In this document: positions 1-11,739 of the stretch, piece after piece | Numbering within the stretch: position 1 is the first letter of the stretch | Layout of the letters: every line of letters starts with the position of its first letter | Position numbers and translations under genes: made by a program | Notes under the pieces: model-generated | What the model was told of the DNA's origin: nothing | What the model saw: only the letters and a program-made list of their open reading frames with translations | The model's database searches: none | NCBI RefSeq assembly: GCF_000150275.1 | Contig: NW_002060958.1 | Span: 11,120-34,458, forward strand | Origin: Trichoplax adhaerens | Taxonomy: Eukaryota > Animalia > Placozoa | Length of the DNA stretch: 23,339 nt | Direction: 5' to 3'

Positions 1-295
1 ATACCAAATTTGTCTAATAAGGACTTGAAACTATAATTTCATATGATTCCAAACAGTGGGAAAGACTTATGAGACACCCCAGGGTGGACGGGCTAATTTG
101 TACAGTGTTACTACTGTACTGTACTGTACAAGTCTTTGGAACAATATCTATTTTGACGAGATGAAGCCGAAATGGTCTGTCCGTCCAAGAGTGATCAGTC
201 CAGGTCTTCTTATATTACAGTATACAGAGCTGGGCATCGAATTCGATCGCTTCAATTTTCTCCATAGTAAAAGCTTTTGAAATTGAAGATTGTTA

Positions 296-415
296 TACTG
301 TACTGTATACAGTACTGTACTGTACAGTACTGTATACTGTACTGTACTGTACAGTACTGTATACTGTACTGTACTGTACTGTACTGTACTCAGTGTACTG
401 TACACTGTATAGTAC
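296..415. repeat. Simple repeat of TACTG units interspersed with the reverse complement CAGTA
   Basis: tactgtactgtatacagtactgtactgtacagtactgtatactgtactg...; a shorter run of the same motif lies at ~100-129. Confidence 0.92.
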
Positions 416-1258
416 AATAGCCACAATTTTCCCCAATATTCAATTACATCATTCATTCACCAGAACGAGTATATCAAGTCAGCAACTACTTAAAGGAAAG
501 AGACGCGACAGGAAATAGCGACCAATGCAAAATTATGTAGAGAGATTGATCATTTTTTAACGTTACCAATGAAATTGAATATCATATTCTAATTTTAGTA
601 GTCCATGATGGTACAAAATCAACTTACAGCGGGCTAATTAATTATAGCAGCTAATTTGGATGTCAATCGCGGACAGGATAGTCTACCGTTGCAAATAGGT
701 AATACAGTGGATAAGACTAGTCAAATAATCATCCTCCATCTTGAAGTAGAGTGAACAAACGTTTCCTGTCTCATCTCTTCCTTATTAGTAGTCCCTTCAT
801 TTTATGCCACATAAAGCTTCATAGTACATAGCGAACAAGTTGAACGCCATCGAAATGATCTACGTCGATGCTCGAAAGCAACAATGCATCAATTTCAACA
901 ATACTGCAGTATAAAATTGGCCAACATGGAGCTTGATGTATGTAATGTAGTATCGTTTCCAATCTTGACTTCTCTTAACTTAAGTGTACCTATTCGACGT
1001 CTGGTCTGAAGTAGTCTCGTCTAATTTTCAATTACAACCATAGAATAATCGGTCATCTATGCTACTGAACAAATAAAATTGAGTAATAGGTGGTGATGGT
1101 TAATTAACGATGAATGCATCATTGATACTCATAATTGGGTTCCTGAGCCAATCTTGTAGCAATATATCTTTCACGGTAGAAGGCAATACAATATAAAGCA
1201 GTGGCTGATATCGTTACGGATATCCTTTCACCCTACTCTATTTTATTCATAATTTGAA

Positions 1259-1747
1259 NNNNNNNNNNNNNNNNNNNNNNNNNNNNNNNNNNNNNNNNNN
1301 NNNNNNNNNNNNNNNNNNNNNNNNNNNNNNNNNNNNNNNNNNNNNNNNNNNNNNNNNNNNNNNNNNNNNNNNNNNNNNNNNNNNNNNNNNNNNNNNNNNN
1401 NNNNNNNNNNNNNNNNNNNNNNNNNNNNNNNNNNNNNNNNNNNNNNNNNNNNNNNNNNNNNNNNNNNNNNNNNNNNNNNNNNNNNNNNNNNNNNNNNNNN
1501 NNNNNNNNNNNNNNNNNNNNNNNNNNNNNNNNNNNNNNNNNNNNNNNNNNNNNNNNNNNNNNNNNNNNNNNNNNNNNNNNNNNNNNNNNNNNNNNNNNNN
1601 NNNNNNNNNNNNNNNNNNNNNNNNNNNNNNNNNNNNNNNNNNNNNNNNNNNNNNNNNNNNNNNNNNNNNNNNNNNNNNNNNNNNNNNNNNNNNNNNNNNN
1701 NNNNNNNNNNNNNNNNNNNNNNNNNNNNNNNNNNNNNNNNNNNNNNN
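1259..1747. other. Assembly gap (489 N)
   Basis: Run of N. Confidence 1.
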
Positions 1748-4643
1748 GTTTATGTCTGATGCACTTTCAGCGTTGTAATTCTGCTAATCTTATATATTAG
1801 CTCCTATGCTTAACTTAAGTTCACCACAACAACAATATCTATCATCTATATTGTACAACTTACAATAGTAGCTACATCAATTCTCTACATATTAAAATTG
1901 AATAATGTACAATTACATACGTCAAATTATTTCGAATCTAAAGCAACAAATGACAATTTGCAATGTAATTTAATCAGTTTAATTCATCGTGCACAATACC
2001 TTACAACTAGTCCTTGACTACACTCTTAATAATGATTGAAAAATATTTAACCAATTATAATTCACTGTAGTAAATTCTTCATAGTGCATACCTGAGGAGA
2101 TTTTATTTTCTTACCGAAAAGAGTTATTCCTAGCTTAAATAGTGTTTATCTTGGACAGAATGAAAAGATAGTTCTTGAAATAGTATGATAAACCGAACGG
2201 CTACTACTTCCTAAAATAATTGTAGTAGACTATACATCATAAAAATGTGTATTAGACAGAGACTGATCATGCGACAGCTTGAGCAATACTGAAGTACAAG
2301 TTTAGAAAGTGTTTATACATGTTCTAGTCGTAGTGTCCTATTATAACTTTAATATTTCATAGAAGTAGTTTATATAGAGGCTTATTGATACTACTATGGG
2401 AAGCCCTAGTTGTTGTCATCAAGCATTTAATTCAAAGTTTAAATCTAAATTAGTAATTATCGATTTATAAAGTCTACCGTACACAGACATATTTAGCTTT
2501 CTATATGCTGTTCATAGTCAAGTAATATCGTTTACTACAGTTATTGCAGTACTCAATAGCAAGCCATTTCAAGTTTAATGCTACATTTCGAGCCAATATA
2601 CTCATAAAATCGACATATCCTGACCTTCAGTACTTAATTAACGGCATTAAATCAAACTCTTTACCTAGTAAATGCTGATTCTTAAAAAGTAGTCTGAAAA
2701 TTTTCAATAGCAATACGTTAAAGGGTTTTTTAATTACCATAAAGAAATTAATATAATCTTCTCTGGTAGATTACCATAGGTAATAGATATTAATTATTAA
2801 AAGGTTAGATACTTTCAAAGGCGAAAAGTATGGAAGAATAAAGTGAATAATGAATAATAACTAATAACTTTACTATAGTTGCAATATGCTATCGAAACAA
2901 AGATCATCTGCAAGCTTTCTGCTCGTACATACGTGTACTCGTATATCCCGGATCTATATTTTAATTGTAAAATTTATCATATTCTATAGATTCATGACAA
3001 TATCATGCCTTGAAAATCCAAATGAAAAGTAGTTTGAATGTTATGTGCATATAACAGAGTATAAAACTATATATTAAAGTATTCTGTTAGATACAAATCC
3101 TGGTTGTTAACTATAATCTACAGTAGCATAGCCGATCATATACTTACTAATCATCTACGTGGTATCAGATGTTGTAATGTACAATACTACAGTCAATAAA
3201 AATTGATTTCTGAAGGTGGTATACTTATATTAAATCAAGTGATTCAGTGATCATATCACTTTTATGTTAGTTATTTCTGTGGCTAAGAACAGTAATCTAA
3301 TGCTTCGTAGATCCATCATATGGTATAAATTATTATATATCTTACTTTCGGCTTTATCTCTTAATGTTTGCTCCATGAAATCCATTACTGTTACGTGAAC
3401 CTTTCCAGTAATTTGCTTTGCATATTATTTACTATAGAATGATAATTTAGATGCTTGGACAACATCAGTCACATAGCAAGGAAAGTTTAAATACAAGTAA
3501 ATTAATTAAATTACGCTATCCAAAGTTTTGTAAGCCAAGTAACATGATAAATGGATGGGAGTCTTACTGAATTACTCAGTATAATATATCTTTGTTGAGT
3601 TTAGTTTCAAAAGCTGAATAACTGATTGTAATGTAATAGTATAATCTAGTTTAAACATCATAGTATAAAGCCGGTCGAATTATCCTCCAGAGCAACTATG
3701 ATAATATCATTTAAATATGCCTTTTAGTTACTACAATCCAGAAAGTATCAGTGTGTATAGCATAGAATGAAACCGAAGTAGAAATACCGGAGAAACATTA
3801 AGAAATATGATCTTCGATACGATTATCATGATGTTTTGCCTGGTACAGCTGCTTTGGTATAAAATCCAGTAGGCTGACAATTTAAGAATTTTACAGCCTG
3901 AATTATAAACAATTTGTGTAGAATAGTTAGTAGTGATTAATTGTAATGCAAACTAACCATCTTAAGGCATGGATAACTCACAATTGTATTAGATATTGAC
4001 CCATATGAATTTACAGGAGAATCAAAGTATTTTCTTTTTATATAAGCAGTAGACTGTAACTATACGAAGATCCTTTCTAAACAGATAACAGGAAAGATTT
4101 TCATCATTTTGTGTACATACTAGATGAAAATGCACGTATCGCCGTGCCCGAATTCCAGATAATGTTAATTTGGGCTAATTAATACTGCTATGATTTACAG
4201 TATGACGAAATTGATGACGCAGTTCTATTTTGTTCTATCCGTAGTTTATGTCCTTTTTTGGTCTGCGATCTAACTCTTAAAGGTTTTAATATCTATATGA
4301 AGTTGTACTATAAGGAGAAAATATCAAATAACTAAGCATACGACAATCAGTTACAATGAAAGTTTAACGAACTAATATCATATTGGTACATTTTAGACAG
4401 AGCATTTAAATGATTTACCCAAACTTTTCATTTGAGTCTAAAAATAAACCCTTGCTAATAAATGATTTGAACTAAATTTATTTTTATTTTTGTTTTATCA
4501 AGTATCGTAAGAGTAAGTAATTTCAGTTATGAATGGTGTGTATCTGTCATAATAGTGCCATATTTCATAGTGCCCTTCGTTGTCGCTACAGATTTTTTAG
4601 GTTAAAAGAAAATGCTATATTTTATTGATAATGGATAAAATGG

Positions 4644-4713
4644 ACAAGTACATAGTATTAGGTGAAGAAAATGATAAAAATATCATTTTCTTCATCTAAT
4701 ACTATGCACTTGT
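4644..4713. repeat. Inverted repeat / hairpin, 33-bp arms, 4-nt loop
   Basis: acaagtacatagtattaggtgaagaaaatgata-aaaa-tatcattttcttcatctaatactatgcacttgt; 31/33 Watson-Crick pairs. Confidence 0.95.
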
Positions 4714-5548
4714 AATTAATTCTGCCCTCACTTCTATCAGACAAATAAGAAACCAATTAATCTTTATAATATTTTCGTATGAATAACAATATTTTAGCCT
4801 ACAATAACAAACTGATTGTAATGGTATTATAGCTAATGTGAGGATGATTGAACTAAGCCCTTACAGTATTTCTTCAAATATTGTTAAATAGCATCTAGTA
4901 GTAAGTGCATAGGCAAGTTTTGGATAAGACCTTAAAGCGACATAGCGGTTTAAAACGATAGATGAATAATTTCTACTTAACAATAACAAATTGCATTATT
5001 AAGGTTATTATTTCAATAAGGAATGAAATAATACTTCAAGACGATACAATCCATACCGTATTAAGTATATTCCAGTAATTACATACATATTCTTGCAATA
5101 GATAGCCGGTAAATCAATCCTATACACGACATTAAGTGGATTATTTAATTAAATAAAAAGCTAAATTATATATTACCAACCGAGGATAGAATTTGTGAAA
5201 ATAGAAAGATAAGCATTTTCGTATGCACACTATACAAAGAAATGAATAGATAAAGGAAATTTTATTGCGAACTAGATCTTGTTGCTAATGCATTAAAATT
5301 AATTGTATTGGCAATATTTTTTCGTCGTTGTTGGCAATTGTGTGCGACGGAGGTGCTATATTTACTACCGTTGGTTGAAATTTTCTATCAAATAATTAGA
5401 TATTGAGAAATTTGAATAATATTAGATATAATAAATAAAGATGAATCATCTTTACTTGGTCATAAAGAATGGTAAAACTTAATATAATGTAGCATAAAAT
5501 TAGATATTTTGAAGGAAATTTAGATTTTAATGGTAGCCCATAATAATC

Positions 5549-5758
5549 GATTAACTCTAAGCTAAGTCATCTCTACTATAATATTAGCAGTAATAATCAC
5601 CAAAATTGTAGAAATATTTACTCTCAATGCGACAACACTGATAATTTGAGGGAACTATGTCAATATGATAGAAGATTAACTGTAAGTTAAGTCATCTCTA
5701 TTAAATCACAAGTTTTCAGTGATAACTTGTCAACACAAGTAGAAATGATTATTCTTCA
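5549..5758. repeat. Degenerate direct duplication, period ~125 nt
   Basis: gattaactctaagctaagtcatctcta (5549-5575) vs gattaactgtaagttaagtcatctcta (5674-5700), 25/27 identical; weaker similarity continues through gtagaaat. Confidence 0.8.
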
Positions 5759-7173
5759 CATTTTAGTAGTGAAAAACAGTTCAAATAATAAAGATACACT
5801 TTTATGCACTGTATAATAGAGAGATTTTGGGTAATCCTTTCTTGATGATGCAAAGAACGTTGATGAATATTATTTTTGAAAAGTTGAGCACATCTAAGAA
5901 AAGACTAGGTATTCGTCTTGTATTTTTTTATGTCAAGGGATGGATAGAATTAGACAAGGAAAAATATTATTATCTTTTTTTTAGGGAGTAATTTTCGCTT
6001 ACTGTTATCATTCCTAATTCAATAAGTTTGTTTTCGAGTATAAAAGCCCTATCCTGCAATTGTTACAATCTAAATGAAACACATAAATGATTCCTTGATT
6101 AAAAAGTTATTAAAAACTTTAACTGTTCAAAATTAACATTAAAGCTAATTATTTAGGATATTAGTACAATAAAAAATTCTTTATTATAATTTTAAACCGT
6201 TGATCAGGTTAGGAATTTAGTTTACCTGTTATTACTATAGTATTAGAATTATTTATCCCACGCGTCTTAAAATTATTCTCATCATAACACATTTTATAAT
6301 TAATTTCTTTATGATGAGTTAGCTTGCTAATTTACACAAATCATGTTGAAATTCAACAATCATAGGGCTTAATATTTGCAACTTTATATTATTTAAATTG
6401 ATATATACTTTTACTTATGTTAAGTTAAGCATTCTCTACGTATATCATTTCAGGAAGAATTTCGTGAACGTATAAACTGTTGCCTTCTTGATATCTTAGA
6501 CAGATACTTTCGATTTAAGTTTACTTCTGTAGAAATGCTACAGCAGATTATTAGTTATGCTAATTAATAAAAAGCGGTTTGACATTCGATTGTACTTCGT
6601 TCAGTGAAAACAATATTGTGAAAAATCCAGTGTTTTTTAATTTAAGTAGTATCATTCTAATAAAAATCATTAACTTTACAATGCAGTACCCATTAAATAC
6701 TTTCGAAAGCAAAATCTTTTATGTAATTAGAGGATGACTATTGATGTATGCAGCGTCTGTTAAATGGTACTGCTACAATTAAAATAGAAAGATATTTAAG
6801 GTACTCAAAGATTATAGCAGTAATTCGGCGTTATGCAGATATAAATAAATTTTTTAGACTATTTTCTTTGAGGAAGCTGCCATTCTATTATTATTTCCCG
6901 AGCCATTAATTCCTCGATATGTCAGTTCGAGTATTATAGATAAAATTCGATTTATTAATACTTAATTCTCAATAACAGCTATATCGACGAAGTTAGAATA
7001 ATCAAATGGTCATGAATTCATGTGTTGTAGACGAATGAGTACTATTATTAATCCAGTAGACCAGCTACTTTCCTAAAAGTAGATTCGATATTGCTAAATA
7101 CCAATACGCTGTGTTGTAAATTTATATGAACTTTATCCATTTTATTGACGGAAAGATTTGAAAATATCGACAG

Positions 7174-7348
7174 ACATGATGACCATGGGCAGGTCCAGTA
7201 TGATGAAAAAGTTGGTTGCATCTAAAACTTAACAATTTGATAACCATTGCTTTTATTTTAACTGCTAACCTACCATGCTAGCTTGATTTGAAATATTACA
7301 GTAATAATTACTCATTCTATAACAGATCCAGAAGAATAAAATCGGAGG
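7174..7348 (+). CDS. Candidate 5' exon(s) of the BAIAP3-like gene (7174-7210 and possibly micro-exon 7326-7348)
   Basis: Two phase-compatible models. (a) ATG at 7176, MMTMGRSSMMK, donor GTTGGT at 7211, spliced in phase 2 to 8281. (b) ..HDDHGQVQYDEK / IQKNKIGG (7326-7348, donor GTAGTT) spliced to 8281. Donors are weak and there is no homology support. Confidence 0.25.
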
Positions 7349-8280
7349 GTAGTTCGTAATGGATAGCATTGACTCATCGAATAGAATAGTATATGATAAC
7401 AACATTTAACGAAAGAGTAACTACGCTTCAATATTAAGCTTGCTGTTATACTTGTCTACCGGAATACGGAGATGTTCCACTCTTGACATAAGCATCATTT
7501 GAAATTTATATCTTACAAATGTTGATTTTTAGCATTTTCAATCTTAACTATTTCCTCTAGTAAGCATTTGCTATTTTATAATCTATGGTAAACTTCGTTC
7601 ATTATTTCACGATATCGTCGTTTTTAATATGTTTTTGGCATATATAGAAAATTGATGATTTTCGACCGACTAGTAAAAAAATTATTTGTTTCGAGTAATT
7701 TTAAAGGATTTTTTTCTCTCCGTTATTTACTAACTCTAATTTATACTCAATTAGTTCTTTCAATTTACTTACTAAAATAATTCTATCTTTAGTATGTGAT
7801 ACACATTAAAGCTTTCAGTGATCACGTACATGAAAATACTTGCTTGTCTAAAGTAAATGAAATATTTATTTTCTTCCGTGATTTATATCGTTTAAAGTTG
7901 TGATAATATTGGCTGGTTCATTTTCGATATGCTTGTTGCAATCTTTAGTACTGTTACAAGTGTACATTATTTTACAGAGTTTACTCCTAATCACTTCAAT
8001 AATGATGAGAAGTTATTAACCATAAAAGTGCTACGAAGAAGTTCTATTGAGCCAATATAAGAAATAGAAGAGCATTATAAGATTTTTTGTCGATTTTCAT
8101 GCTTTATTTAGTCATTATTCTAGCTGAATAAGATTGCAAGTATGATTCAGTATTTTATCAATAGGTTTTCAAATTTTACATGCAATCACTTTACAGACTA
8201 TGTTCTAAAATTATATGGTCAGCATTGAATTAGCAAAAGTAACCATTTTCTTCTTCATATCTACTTGAATTTATTTCTAG

Positions 8281-8368
8281 AGCGCAAGAAGTAGATAGTA
8301 AATTTATTGAAAAATATGCTGCTATTCCGGCTAATGTTCGAAATCAAGTTAAGAAATTGCTAAAAAAG
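8281..8368 (+). CDS. Probable upstream coding exon of the BAIAP3-like gene
   Basis: ttatttctAG acceptor, AAG/GTAAAG donor; encodes (x)AQEVDSKFIEKYAAIPANVRNQVKKLLKK and ends in phase 0, matching the exon at 11641. Confidence 0.65.
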
Positions 8369-10048
8369 GTAAAGTAGTAGGTTCCTAACTGTTCATTTTA
8401 TTTTCTTGAAGCTTACATTCTCTGATTCTAATTGAAAAGACAATATTAGGAGAGTAAGGAGGCATAGAAATGAACTACTTTATTTCGATAAAATTTTTCA
8501 AAATTTGCTGTACTGCAAACAATTTACAAGTATAATAAATTTAGGAATGCATTAATGATTTCTTTAAAATAGCACAGCAACATCTTTGTACGGATGACAG
8601 CAAATACTTTTACTTTATTTTTATTTGCTATCAATGTATTTTCTTCTCGTGCCAGTTTTAGCTAGAGTCTTTATTAATTAATAACTGAATCGTATAGTAT
8701 AACAATCCTGCAGCACTTCTCTTCGACTATGTCCTGTTGCTTCCTTGCACCAAACGAAGTAAAAGTTGAGTCGATATTTCTCGAGATATTTTCTAATATA
8801 AACTTTAAAAGTAGCTATACATTTAATCTACTCTTTATTACTTACGAGCGGAATTTTGAGTATCTAAGTTTCTAAAATCCTTTACTGTCATTTCTGATTG
8901 GATACGGACGTTAAATCTGCAGTAAACTTTTAATTAATGACTCTACGCAGCTGGCGCTGGTATAGATGGCTCAATGTAGTTACGAGAATTTACTATCCTA
9001 ATAAGTACTTCATCATAAGAGGTGTAAACAGCAAAATTTGAGATTATTGTTGGGAATGGTTTGAAAAATGTGTTGGTTTTAGTGCCAGATTATCATCAGA
9101 AAGATCTCTAACTTTTCGTCTTGTTAGTAGAGAGTGAATAATGTGCGACGAAGATAGAGAAAGGGAGGGACAGTAATGACTTCTAAAGATTCTACCAATC
9201 GTCGGTCTTAACGAATTAAAAATACTGTAGTTTCAATATAAAAGTCAAAAATTTACTTTAGATGGAAATAATACAGATATTCATCGATCATAAAAGTACA
9301 AACGCAAAGAGTAATGGTAAATATTCTTATATACAAGTAGTATAAAGATGCTAGTAGACCCAGAAAAGACTGAAAAAACCTTTTAGTTTTTGTGGCTGCG
9401 TACATCTTGACTTTCGAACTGAATCAACATGGGAGAAAATTCGAAAAACCATCTTAGTATAATCCTACAGCTGTCAATTGAGCTGGAAAGAAAAAATATC
9501 CTCTTGGCCTTTGCAAACTTTCACAATTCACATCCAAGTATCCAATATACTTGTATTGTTAGTGCAAGGCAAAGACTATTTTAAACACTTTCGACCAGTA
9601 AAGCCAATATCAAGTAATATCAAAAAGTAAAAATGAAGGCAATGCTTTTGTACATAACAAGGATATTGGAGAAGAACATTAGTAAAACGTAATAAGATCA
9701 AGCTATTGCTGTAGTTATGAAAGTATTACCTGACGTATAAAATGCAACTCTGCGTAATAAAATATTCGTACGGGATAAATTGAATATTCATATACTTCGT
9801 GATTTGGCAATTCTTCAATTTTTAACCGATATTTCCATGACTAGATTTTAAGCAAGACTGGTTATTAAATTATCCTTCACATTTCAATACTGCTACAGAC
9901 AGAACTCCAGGACAACTGCGCAGAGTAATTTTAAATTTTTGAATAGCTTTTTCTGCATTTAGCCTTAAACGTATATCTTTATCGTAGCAAAAGTAGTTTA
10001 GACTCTATCGTATATACGCGCACAAAGGCATAAACCAATTACAAAGTT

Positions 10049-10139
10049 CTTCCATTCTCAAACATGTTTGTAGTGTTATTCATTCTAAATCGCTTTCAGT
10101 CCTTCCATTCTCAAATGTTTTTAGTGTTTATCCTTTCTA
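10049..10139. repeat. Degenerate direct duplication, period 53 nt
   Basis: cttccattctcaaacatgtttgtagtgttattcattcta vs cttccattctcaaatgtttttagtgtttatcctttcta. Confidence 0.8.
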
Positions 10140-10283
10140 CAGTAAGTCTATTTGTCAACCATTCTACTTTAAACGATACCTTGTAATCATGGCTAAAGCT
10201 CTCCCAGTTACCTACTGGGGGCAATTGTGGACCTTCTCTCACTCTTGTTTTACGCTAAAATAACAAGCTTTTATTGGAAAGTA

Positions 10284-10955
10284 TTAAACAACATCATTGA
10301 GCCATTTCGCAAGAAATAATATCGCAATAATGAATGCCCACAATGCTGCGTTCTTTCTTTCCCTATTATTGTTCAATGGAGTATTTTCGTGACATGATAA
10401 GCTGGCGGTGCAGTTTAAATATTTTCTCAGATTCTGATTGACTGCAACATAATGAGATAAAGGCAATAGGATAAATAGTATTATCCAAAGTTTTGCTGTA
10501 GCTGTTAGGTATGGCCAGTATTCTGTGCTAGCTATCAACGCAATAATATCATATTGCCCCTTCTGGCCATGACAGGAGCATTATTTGTTTTCTCGACAAC
10601 GAGTAAAAGTCCTTATTTAGAATAGAAGTACTATCGAAAATTTGTTGATGGAGATTGTGTAGACGGTCATCAGAGACGCATAGTTCCCGTAGTCATCAGT
10701 TCCAATCGTAATCCAAATTGAATTTTAAATTCGTTCTAGAAGCAGATCCTACTCTTGGTTTTGTTGGTGTAGTTTATTCATTATCACTTTGAATATCCGC
10801 CGTGATCGCTAATTGTGGAAATTCTTTTCATCGGTCGCTATGCCTAAAAAAGAATTGGTTAATTCGCGCGTTAGAAAATCTATGGTAAAATGCTAACGTT
10901 AAGGCGTGTAGTGAAAACAAAGAATTGCTAAAATGTTAATTATCCCTTCTATCAT
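10284..10955 (-). pseudogene. Putative decayed intronless class A (rhodopsin-like) GPCR pseudogene
   Basis: One minus-strand frame with several stops carries TM1-, TM2-, TM3-, TM5- and TM6-like segments in the correct order: GIINILAILCFHYTP*R, DFLTRELTNSFLGI, IWIT..YASLMTVYTISINKFSIV, WIILFILLPLSHY, RERKNAALWAFIIAILFLAKWL. No clear TM7 NPxxY. Recognised by eye only. Confidence 0.4.
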
Positions 10956-11640
10956 GCCCTTTCAATGCTATATCATGATGTAATGAATTGGCTAATAAAT
11001 CAAAATAATTAGAAGGGCAATAGAATATTGAAGCCTTTACGTAGACATTGACATTTCGGGCAACTCCCTGGATGGGGAGTAGGTTTGATTTCCTGTAGCT
11101 TGGGAGAGTGGAGGATGAAGTGATCTTAAAATACATGCGGCAATGTAGTCAAGATGAGTTTACATTCGTGAAAAAAGGATATTAGACTGCGTAAAGCTCT
11201 AGTCATAGATGCAATATATCTATCAAGTCTGAAATAGATCTTCAAGTATGCCTTCAAACTGCTCGATAGAGCACATCAGTTAGACTAATTTACCTGACAT
11301 TCCATATCTAAACTAGTGTAAGGATTTCTTACTGTTTCGCCCTAAAATAAAGAACGGAGTAGAGTGGCTTAGTGGGTAGGATATTACGTCTCTAACAGAA
11401 TTACACTTTCTACATCATTTTTGTTGTCCAGCCTACCCTTGGATTACTTTCGATAGATCAATCTATATGACTCGACATAGAATAAAATCAAGAACGTTAC
11501 CCATGTAACTAAAACATCATACGAGAAATCTTCTTGTTTTGCACATAATACGCGGGGAAAGTAACAACACTCGTTATAAAAACTCTTCTGTCCTACGCTC
11601 TTAAACATGAATTAACTATTTCATTTTATTTTCTAAACAG

Positions 11641-11739
11641 GTCGATGATCACTTGCTGAATCAACAACAGTTAAAGCTACCAGCTAATATCAAAAAAGCT
11701 CAACCTCAATTTAAGTTGGAAAAATCAGATCAAGAGAAG
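11641..11739 (+). CDS. BAIAP3-like exon (N-terminal region)
   Basis: Strong ttttctaaacAG acceptor, AG/GTAAGT donor; [17 protein letters not shown]. Confidence 0.85.

Noticed and set aside
296-415. CRISPR-like array
   Set aside because: 5-nt microsatellite without spacers; eukaryotic context, no cas genes
148-456. 102-aa minus-strand ORF rich in STVQY/TVLY
   Set aside because: Translation of the TACTG simple repeat; no coding signal
53-718. Short shared words (acagtgg..aagact at 53 and 704; cgggctaatt at 89 and 630)
   Set aside because: Short and not collinear, so they do not define LTRs or TIRs
1254-1778. 174-aa ORF
   Set aside because: Artefact of the N gap
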